A stretch of DNA of 64,000 bases from Macrostomum lignano (taxonomy: Eukaryota), in the NCBI GenBank assembly GCA_002269645.1, contig NIVC01001247.1, forward strand, positions 34,928-98,927, given 5' to 3'. Below, in pieces: positions 37,467-64,000 of this stretch; positions within the stretch are counted from its first letter, which is position 1; every line of letters begins with the position of its first letter. The notes under the pieces are model-generated. The model was not told where the DNA came from. It did not search any database and was given only the letters and a program-made list of their open reading frames with translations. Position numbers and translations under genes: made by a program.

Positions 37467-38651
37467 AACTAGATTAATTACTAAGAAATATTTACAGCAA
37501 TTATTCTAAGAACTAGGCCAATAATAGACTACTTGGTACATAATAAGAATGTTAGGCTGCTAATATAAAGTCCAATAATAAGGCTTATAAAATAAGAATG
37601 TTAGGCCAATAAGTTAGAAAAAACAAATACTAAGATATATTCTCAGACTTAATTAGACAAATACTTAAACTGATAGGGCCTACCTAGACCTTAGGCCTAT
37701 GGCTTATTCTAAGATTTATATTATAAGAACTTGGTGCTATTACTATAATATAAGTGAGATTAAAATAAACCCCTAAAACCTCATTAACAATAATGTGATA
37801 TATCATATACCATAGGGGCCTAGATCCTCAAAAAGAATAAAGAGCCATAGCTATTACAACTTTGGTGGCTTACTGGCTGGCCAGGGTCCAGATTGTATAA
37901 TAGTATATGCCAGAACAAGAATTTTATCTTAGCTAAATGTATGCCAATATATGCCAAAAAAGTTCTCTAAAATGTATACCAAAAATTTCTCTTAAAAAAG
38001 GTCATACATGTACAACCTTTGAAATTATGCTGGCTGTGGGACTTAGTTTGCAATCAAAAATGTAACTTACCTATAGAAGAAAGCTAAGCAAAATAAATGT
38101 ACTTTTGAGTAAATAGCAAGAGTAACTATGACCATATTTTTCAGACTAAATTCCTCACTAGCTAATCAGTACTATGCAGATTATTTGTTTGTTATAATAG
38201 CTAATCAGTATGCCATCTAGTGGTAGCCTGTGAGGCAATTTATAAATTGTTTTATTACAGTATAGTGAGCATACTACATAAGTCATGATTCATGAATGTC
38301 TAGAAGTAAAAGTGAAGTGACTACACTGAATATAATATGATACAATTCACAATGTATTCACCTATAGCTTAAGAATAATTCCACTTGCTAGACGATTTGG
38401 CATGGAAGATAAGAGCCTTGATTTAGATGGCTCATCAAATGCAGAATACAAATCCAATAGAGATACAAGCTATTAAAACCAGCAGATTTTGAAACCCCTA
38501 AATTCCCATTCTGGGAACTATTTTTGCATAGATTCTTAAATTTGAAGTCATGCCTAAACAAAAACTTGTTTATAGTTTGGAAAAAGGCAAACAAAGATAG
38601 GAGTAAACACATGGTAAATTAAGATTTATGAGGCCTTTGCAATTTCTTTTC

Positions 38652-38948
38652 CATAAATGCACAACCTCCAAAATTTGGTCAGCCATGCGACTTAGTTTTA
38701 ACAAAAAAATGTGACATAGTTTTTGGCCAAAAAGTGACTTACCTGTGAAAGAAACCCTAAAGAAAAATTTACACAATTTTGGGTAAACAGCAGGAGTAAC
38801 TATGACTGTCTTATAAGAAATGAATGCCTCATCATCTAATTAGTGCTATGTCTGTATTCTTTGGGGTGGGCATTTTTGCAACTTACCTTGATTGGCTGCC
38901 AAACAGTCGGCCAGATTGGCTAACTTGGCTGATTGTTGCGCATGTATA
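38652..38948 (+). mobile_element. Complete CATACATGCGCAAC-family MITE with 8-bp TSD
   Basis: cataaatgcacaac ... gttgcgcatgtata; flanks ttcttttc / ttctcttc (7/8). Confidence 0.8.
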
Positions 38949-39422
38949 TTCTCTTCTCTTCTCAATATTCTAATCCATCTCCTTTCTTTCTTTTCTTTTA
39001 TCTCTCATCTTTCCTCTCTCCTCTTTTCTCTTATCTTTTCTCTCTCCTTTGCATTCTAATCTCTTATCTTATCTCTTTCCACTCTACTTTCTCATCTTAT
39101 CTCTCCTCTCTTAGAAGAGAGAAGAAAAAGGAGAGAAGAGAGAAGAAGGAAAGGGGAGAGAAAAGAGGGGGGAAAAGGTAGAAAAGAAAGGAGAAAGAGA
39201 AAAAGAGTTAAAGAGACACCTCTAATAATTTGGAAGTTTCAAGAATCTAAGGGGCAAGAGCCAGATAGAGGGGCTTTTTGAGCTGGAGTTAGCTAACCCT
39301 TGCTCTAAAGTTTAAGAAATCAATAGGAAATTGTTGACATGGGCTGCTGATTTTAAAGATCTTGTCTATGGTTGAAGGCTTTTATTCTGGGTTTGCTCTC
39401 CTGCCACCCTTGCACCTACTAT

Positions 39423-40320
39423 TAGGGATTCCGAAATCCCGACAATTTACAATCCCGGGATTGAGAAATCCTGAAATCCCGATAGTTTAAAATCCCAGGA
39501 TCACTAATCCTAGAAAATCCCAACTGAGAGTAATCCTGGGATCCCACTTTGAAGTTAAAAAAAATCCCGGGATCCTGGGATCCTGATATCAAATGTATTG
39601 AAACATCTCCATCCAGCTTCCACCACGACCACAAGTAAGTAAAATAGTTAATTATGATATTTATAATGATAGCTGATGGTCCAAACTAGTATATTTACAC
39701 AATAAACTTCTCTTTGCTTAGTTATTATACAAGTAGAAATAGAAGATTGTTTGATAATAATAAATAATATTTATCCATAAAAGATAATTGATAAAAATTG
39801 ATTACGACAATAATAACTTGTTTTAATATAGGTTATATAGCTAGCTATGCAATATCAATGTAAATTATCGAAGTGAATGTCATGTTTAAAGCCACGTTAC
39901 AGTGTTAGACATCACACAACTCAAGAACATGTGAAATCAAATTACACCTTACAAAAACAAAAAAAAATCTAATTTCTGCTTAACAAACTGCTCTAACAAA
40001 TTTTGCTGCTTTTTATGTGTGATTTTGATACAGACATATACTATATAGGCTGCAGTTGTATTATTTCATATTTTTTAAAGTTGAATCTTTTTTTCAAATT
40101 TTACATGATTAGTTTAGTTGAAACAAGAGAATTAAAATCAGTTTGAATCCTGAAACAATCCCGAGATTTAAGCCTTACAATCCCAGGATCCCAATCCCGC
40201 ACTGTTGTAATCCCGAGGATCATAAATCCTGAAAATTCAAGTCTCAAAAAATTCTGGGATTGAAAATTGAAATCCCATGTTTTGAGGCTAAATCCTGGGA
40301 TCCTGGGATTGGAATGCCTA
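39423..40320. mobile_element. Non-autonomous hAT element (898 bp) with ATCCCGGGAT subterminal repeats
   Basis: Termini TAGGGATTCC ... GGAATGCCTA; perfect 8-bp TSD CCTACTAT at 39415-39422 and 40321-40328. Confidence 0.85.
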
Positions 40321-40339
40321 CCTACTATCCCCTGATTGC

Positions 40340-40920
40340 CTCTAATTGCAACTTACTTCTCTTTAATTGCAACTTATTTCTTTCTAATTGTAACTTACTT
40401 CCCTCTAATTGCAACTTATTTCTCTCTGTTTGTAACTTAGTTTCCTTTGATTGTGACTTATAGTTTTCTCTGATTGCAACTTAGTTGCTCCTTTTGCAAC
40501 TTATCTAATCTTTTTACAATTTACCTAATCTTTTTTGTAACTTAGTTTGCTTCTTTTGTGACTTACCTAATCTTTTTGAGATTTAGTTTGCTTCTTTGCA
40601 ATTTACCTTATCTTTTTTATAACTTAGTTTGCTTCTTTTGTGACTCAGTTTGCTTTTTTGCCACTTACCTAATCTTTTTGCAACTTACTTGCTCTCTTTG
40701 CAACTTAGTAGCTCTTTTTGCAACTTAGGCCTATCTAATCCTTTTGAGACGCATCTAATCCTTTTGTGATTTACTTAATCCTTTATGCAACTTACCTAAT
40801 CCTTTTTGAGACTTAGTTTGCTTCTTTTTGCAACTTATCTAATCTTTTTGTAACTTAGCTAATCATTTTTGCAACTTACTTAACCCTTTGCAACTTACCT
40901 AATTCTTTTTTAGGCCTAAC
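40340..40920. repeat. Degenerate array of about 20-bp GCAACTTA/GTGACTTA units
   Basis: gcaacttacctaatcttttt-type units, about 28 copies; CpG-depleted relative of the 23745-24680 array. Confidence 0.75.
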
Positions 40921-41869
40921 TTAGCCGTCTTAGGGAGTTAGGCCACCTAATGCCAAAAATGGCATGAATTTATAGCCTATGCCAAAATAACAAAATTGGT
41001 ATACCAAAAATTTGCATGAATTTGTATGCCAACTTTGAAAGGTGTAACTTTCTAGAGGCTGTCTGGCTGGTGGGATTGCAATAATAGTAGGCCTAGACAA
41101 CCTTAATAAATATAGCTTTGGCATTCACAGTGGGATATTTAAATGTCAAAGAAATAAACCCCACAACTCTATGTGTAGGCCTATTCTTGTTTTTTTATGC
41201 AACAGATTTTAAAAAATTAGGCTTTTTATTTGCAAAAAAGCCAAGGCTTCATTTTCATTCAAATTTATACTTCCTAGGGCCTAGCCACTAGCCCTAGGCT
41301 AGGAGGCCTATGCATAGGCCTACTGGCAAGTCATGGGACCCTCAGCCTCACTGAAGTCCTTAATAGGATATCTAGATTTCTGAAATTTTATATACAATTG
41401 ACAAATAAGCAAAACTTTTTAAACAAGGGCTGGGCTTTGTATACTTATTAATTAGTCTACAAAATACCAATCAAAAAAATAATATTAATAACTTGCAAAA
41501 CTTGGCCTAGTATCTGCTTTGCAAGCAGAAGTAAACGTAGAAATAAATTATAGATTTAGGATTTATAAATCTACAGACATATGTCGCCCAATCAATTGAT
41601 GTCCGATAAAAACCGATGCGATAGGCCTAGGCCTTGGCGGAGGCTAGCTGCATGGCCCGTCACGTGATCAGCTTAATTTTAAAGATTTTTAAAAGACGTT
41701 TAGTTCTAAAATTGTGCTTTAGCAAGGACTTTAGTGATTAATGTAGTTATTTTTTCTTAAATACATAAACAGCAACATATTCAGACTTCACTCGCTTTAA
41801 GCTAAGTGAGAATACAGGTTTACTTTACTGCAACGAAAATACTAATGTTATTTTATTCAAACTTCACAT

Positions 41870-43115
41870 ACGTCGGAGAAAAATTATTCGGCCATGAATT
41901 GCGGGTGGGTTTCACAAACGCGAAATTTCACAACCGCTAAAAGCACTTGCTTTCATAAACGCGAAACTTCACAACCGATAATTTTTTGCAGTCACTTTTA
42001 TAAACGCGAAACTTCACAACCGCGAAACTTCGCAACCGTGAAACGTACAACCGCGAAACTTCGCAAACGCGAAGCTTCACAACCGCTAAATGTCATCTAA
42101 TTTCACAAACGCGAAACTTCATAACCGCGAAACTTCACATCCGCTAAAATTTTGCACTCACTTTCATATACAACAGTCTTCTTATCGGTTGTGAAGTTTC
42201 GCGGTTTATGAAGTTTCGCGATTGTGAAAGTAGATGACATTTAGCGGTTGTGAAGTTTCGCGGTTGTGAAGTTTCGCGCTTATGAAAGTGACTGCAATTT
42301 TTTTAGCGGTTGTGAAAGTAGGTGATTTAGCGGTTGTGAATTGTTTCGCGGTTATGAAGTTTCGCGTTTATGAAAGTAGGTGATTTAGCGGTTGTGAAAT
42401 TTCGCGTTTGTGAAAGCAACCCTGAATTGCCCGCAGACGAATTGCCCGCCGAGATTTGCCCACAGGAGATTTTCCCGCCGAGAATTGCCCGCCGAGAATT
42501 GCCCACAGTGCATTTTGCCCGTGAGCGAATTGCCCGTGGAGATTTGCCCGCCGAGATTTGCCCGGAGAAGATTTGCCCGTCCGAGAATTGCCCGCCGAGA
42601 TTTGCCTGCAGTGCATTTTGCCCGCGAGTGAATTGCCCGCGAGCGAATTGCCCGCCGAGTCTTTTCCCACCGAGGTTTTCCTGCAATGCTTTTTTTTCCT
42701 GCAGCGTATTCGGCAGCTATAGATTCTGTCTGCAATGCCCCCCCCCAAAAAAAATATAAACACACAGATCAGCGCAGAACCGATGCTTACCCGCAACAAC
42801 GATGGTCGAGATGGTGCATTTGAGATGCAGTTACTATCAAAACGTTTGATCGGGTAAATCTCTTTATTAAGACTTACTTTTGAGCATTGGGGAGGCAATG
42901 CAGACGAAATCTGCCGCGTGGCCAAATGCGCTGTAGGAAAAAAGCATTGTGGGCAAAACCTCGGCGGGAAAAAACTCGGCGGTCAATTCGCTCGCGGGCA
43001 AAATGCACTGCAGGCAAATCTCGGCGGGCAAATCTCGGCGGGCAAATCTCGGCGGGCAAATCTCGGCGGGCAATTTGTCTGCTGGCATTTCTTGTGCTCC
43101 GAAATTATTCCGAGG
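41870..43115. mobile_element. Foldback element with arms of GAATTGCCCGCCGA repeats
   Basis: Left arm (41870-41902 plus 42423-42720) is the reverse complement of the right arm (42890-43115, tctcggcgggcaaat units). Confidence 0.7.
41903..42422. mobile_element. 520-bp palindromic MITE nested in the foldback element
   Basis: About 35-bp TIRs gggt(g/t)g(g/c)tttcacaaacgcgaaatttcacaaccgcta; perfect 8-bp TSD TGAATTGC at 41895-41902 and 42423-42430. Confidence 0.82.
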
Positions 43116-43134
43116 ACTGAATTTGCCTGAAACA

Positions 43135-43151
43135 ACTTCTACTACTACTAT

Positions 43152-43226
<75 letters not shown>

Positions 43227-43235
43227 TACTACTAT

Positions 43236-43306
<71 letters not shown>

Positions 43307-43310
43307 ATAC
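43135..43310. repeat. (ACT)n trinucleotide microsatellite
   Basis: About 58 units; explains the poly-Thr and poly-Val ORFs. Confidence 0.95.
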
Positions 43311-44894
43311 TACTCCTACAAACTCAAGGATCACTAGAAGTTACATTGTACTGGCCCGTAGCACGCTCTAATATTTGAAAATTATTTGAAGGCCTCACTT
43401 ACTCGATTGGTTCATTGAAGCTTGACTGCAAATGTTCATATGTTTACTGGCGCAACCACACCGACCACTACTATAGTATACTGCAGTATAACAAGACGTA
43501 AAACTGAAAGATCATGTACTTTAGTTGGTCAATTTCCTGGAATTTTTCCATATAGCATGACAAATCAATTTGTCGATACGGCTTTGATTTCTCGAGTTTA
43601 TCCAAACGCTTTGGCCATAAATGTAGAGCTCTATGGGCCGTTCCGGCCCGTTTCATGGCATGCCCTCCAGCTGTTCCTCATAGCACAACAAATAAAATAA
43701 AGCTATACTAGAATCATAGATCTTATATTTTATAAGATAATATTCTAAGGTCTAGGACTATAATTAATCATACAAAATACAGCGAGCACATCACGAAGAT
43801 ATATAAATATAGCTATAATAGAGCAAACCAATATAGGGCATGCCAGATTATAGCTATAATTATACGAGCATATTGTCCTGAGTTATAGTTCCTGTTTTGA
43901 AGATTATTGAAATACACAGTAAATGATCAGGCTACAGCTAGGGGTATCATATTATTTCTCTTCCGTATCTCATTAGGTGTTTACGCAAATATTTCCACTC
44001 ATAGCCGATCGTTGCCAATTCATTTTGTCAGTACTGTTCAGTCCAAAACAGCTCTTGGGTCTTACATGTACCTGTAGGTGTATCAGTTATCTTCTACGTG
44101 TATATAGATTTACAAGTGAAATCAATCATCTAATTGAAGTGCGGGAACTACATGCGACAATCATTTCATGGTCGTGAAAGTAGCTTTTATTAGGTATACA
44201 GATTGATTGAACTGCCAATGTAAACTTGCATAATTGACTCGACTATATTAGCACACAATGCTTTCTAGGTCAGCATGACTGATAGACGCTCGTAGTAATG
44301 GCCAACGATAAATTGCTTTACAAAGTTGACAAGCCAGCTACAGTCAGTAGAGCCACTTTGCTTAGGAATTTGTGGATATTAGACAGAAATCATCGTCATT
44401 ATCATTATTGTCATCATCATCGCGCTGGCTTCCTGCTTTTGCATCCCACGGATCTGTTTACCAATCTTTCTCTGTCCGCTACACAGATATTTGTGTATAG
44501 CTAGAGGGGAATAAGACTGTAATTATGGGCTGCCAATCCTAGAGAGCAATCAGAGTCGCTGTAATCCGCTCTGTTCAGCTAAAATCCAATGATCGAGCCG
44601 TCGGTTTGATTGCGTAACGGCGCTTCGATAGATTGATCATTATCATAGAAAGTAATTGCGCTTCGTTACTTAAATATTCTACATAATATGTGGCCTACAC
44701 TGGCTGCATACGACTGTATACTCCATGCTTATCCATACTTAGCTTGAATGAGTAAAGTTTTGAAAAAGTGAAAAGATAATTGCTTAACAGTAAATGCATT
44801 GATCTGTGGCAATTTTAGCTTGTTTATTTAGAATGAAGCTTACATGTAACTGAAAAACTCTTTATTGAAAAGGAAAATAAACAGGCACTTAGAC

Positions 44895-46059
<1,165 letters not shown>

Positions 46060-46060
<1 letters not shown>

Positions 46061-46315
46061 AAGACTGACAGACACTAAGACACCAAGACTGACAGACACT
46101 AAGACACCAAGACTGACAGACACTAAGACACCAAGACTGACAGACACTAAGACACCAAGACTGACAGACACTAAGACACCAAGACTGACAGACACTAAGA
46201 CACCAAGACTGACAGACACTAAGACACCAAGACTGACAGACACTAAGACACCAAGACTGACAGACACTAAGACACCAAGACTGACAGACACTAAGACACT
46301 AAGACTGACAGACAG
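46060..46315. repeat. 24-bp minisatellite (GACACTAAGACACCAAGACTGACA)n
   Basis: About 10 units contiguous with the GACA array. Confidence 0.9.
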
Positions 46316-46529
46316 CTGGCCTGTATCAATCTCTCCCCGCATCCGACCCAAAACAAGCGAAGGCCAGTTCTGATTGGCCTAGTCTAGCAGTTCCCAGTTC
46401 CCATCTGAGATGGCTAGGAAAACTTCCAAGCGTTATCCAACCCCCAATTGTCAACCCCCTCCCTCCTGTTCTCAGCAGCCACCCCAACCGTCTCTATGAG
46501 CACAGTTTTAGTCCGTTCTCAAGCCATTT

Positions 46530-62508
<15,979 letters not shown>

Positions 62509-62939
62509 GCTATAGCTATAGCTAATAACTGCTGCATTATGAAGAACTTATTAATAGTACACGCCAGCTCCAGGATGGTGCCGCAACCAAGGGGCGCCAA
62601 ATGCCCCTACCTCCTTTGTGTTTGCATCGAGCGCTCTGTCGCAGGGAAATTCCATGGAAATACCGTGGGTACAAAAGAGAAAGTACGTATAGGCCAGTGT
62701 CTGGGGACGGCAGTCTTTTTACTTAACCCAGATAAAGAACCTTGTGCATGGCTGAGGGCCACAGGAGGGGAGAGAGGAGAGAGCATAGAGAAGAGATGAG
62801 TGATAGGAGATACGAGAGGCGAGGAGAAAAAGAGAGGAAACAGAAGAGAGCTGAGAAGAGACATAAAGCTTGAGAAATTTTAAGGACCCGAGGGCCGGAT
62901 AGAGAGGCTTCGCGGGCCGGAGTTTTCCGATCCTTGGTC

Positions 62940-63125
62940 TATGTGTTTGCATGGACAACTCTTGCCGCAGGGAAAATCCACGGAACTTCCGTCGGCCCCA
63001 AAGCGAGAGTACATATTCGTATGCTGTGTTTGCATGGACAACTCTTGCCGCAGGGAAAATCCACGGAAATACCGTTAGCCCCCAAAGCGAGAGTACATAT
63101 TCGTATGCTAATGTGTTTGCATGGA
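62940..63125. repeat. About 84-bp tandem duplication (third partial copy near 62640), probably a transposon remnant
   Basis: tgtgtttgcatggacaactcttgccgcagggaaaatccacggaa occurs twice. Confidence 0.6.
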
Positions 63126-63834
63126 GAACTGACTAAAAAAATTGGCGAACTTTTCTCGCTAGAAAAAATCCTAAAATAAGTTACACTTGTAATTAGGAAG
63201 TCCAGAACGTGTGACTTTTAAATGTAATGCTAAAAAACCAAACACTAATTCTCGCCAATGGAAGTAACACTCCAAATAAATATTTAAAAGAAACAAATTC
63301 AGCAAAAAATAACTATATGAAAACTATGCAACAGCTACCGAATTTGTATTGTCAGCTACGAGTGTATGCACCTACCAATGCAAAATTTATGTTTACAGGT
63401 GCAATTTATTTATTTTAAATATATACTTATATATGTACGTGCAATCGAGCATATTTTGTAAGCAATTATCTTACTTGTAAACATATATATATTATACTAT
63501 TAATATAAGTAGACTCCCCTCCGATATTAAATGTAAAAATAATTTAACAGATATTGTGATTAATAAACTTAAAAAAATTGCATCATGTTTCAACACTATG
63601 ACTTTTAAAATTAAAATGCAAAGAATACTAAATATGTGTGCAATGCTGACTGATTATAGCTATATAATAAGTCTAAACAAATATACAAAAAGTCATCAAT
63701 GCTTGATTCTATTCATTAACTGTGACTTCGTGTTATTAAATTATTTTATTCTAATAAAACAACACCTACCGTTTGACAGAATGCTTCTTTAAATTGCATA
63801 CTAAAATAGAACTCTTAATCCACGTCTCTATATC

Positions 63835-64000
63835 CGATAATCTCACCCCGAATCTACTATCATCTCTGATAATCTCATCCCTAATGTACAATGAATGATA
63901 TCCGATAACTTCACCCCGAATCTACTATGATCTCTGATACTCTCATCCCTAATGTACAATGATATCCGCTAATCTCACCCCGAATCTACTATCATCTCTG
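63835..64000. repeat. About 65-68-bp tandem repeat running off the window end
   Basis: tcaccccgaatctactatcatctctgataatctcatccctaatgtacaatga repeated about 2.5 times. Confidence 0.8.

Noticed and set aside
42327-43371. Cluster of overlapping ORFs including poly-Thr and poly-Val
   Set aside because: Products of foldback-element repeats and the (ACT)n microsatellite.

Overview
Repeat-dense eukaryotic (invertebrate animal) genomic window with GT-AG introns. The GC-rich exons in AT-rich, minisatellite-stuffed introns are reminiscent of a flatworm such as Macrostomum, but the organism cannot be proven from sequence. Hand-reconstructed spliced genes: ELOVL4-like fatty-acid elongase (- strand, 5 coding exons, 4296-10461), RBX2/RNF7 (+, 2 exons), DOLPP1 (-, 6 exons) and a CCAP/neuropeptide-S-type rhodopsin GPCR (+, about 9 exons over 16 kb). 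There are also a zinc-finger-like orphan locus and a 346-aa single-exon orphan ORF. Mobile DNA: a decayed mariner, a decayed KIAA1586/ZNF862-like hAT transposase preceded in frame by a signal peptide plus lamin-tail-like (LTD-like) domain, about 7 copies of a 14-bp-TIR MITE family, other hAT MITEs, two tRNA-derived SINEs, nested foldback elements, and a Penelope-like remnant that keeps a minimal hammerhead ribozyme. Most long ORFs in the supplied track are artefacts of tandem repeats. Best leads: the hAT element with a secreted-type LTD-like extension, reverse-complementary intronic minisatellites bracketing GPCR exons 3-6 (circRNA/exon-skipping geometry, frame-preserving), and the hammerhead motif. 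Repeat-array boundaries are approximate.
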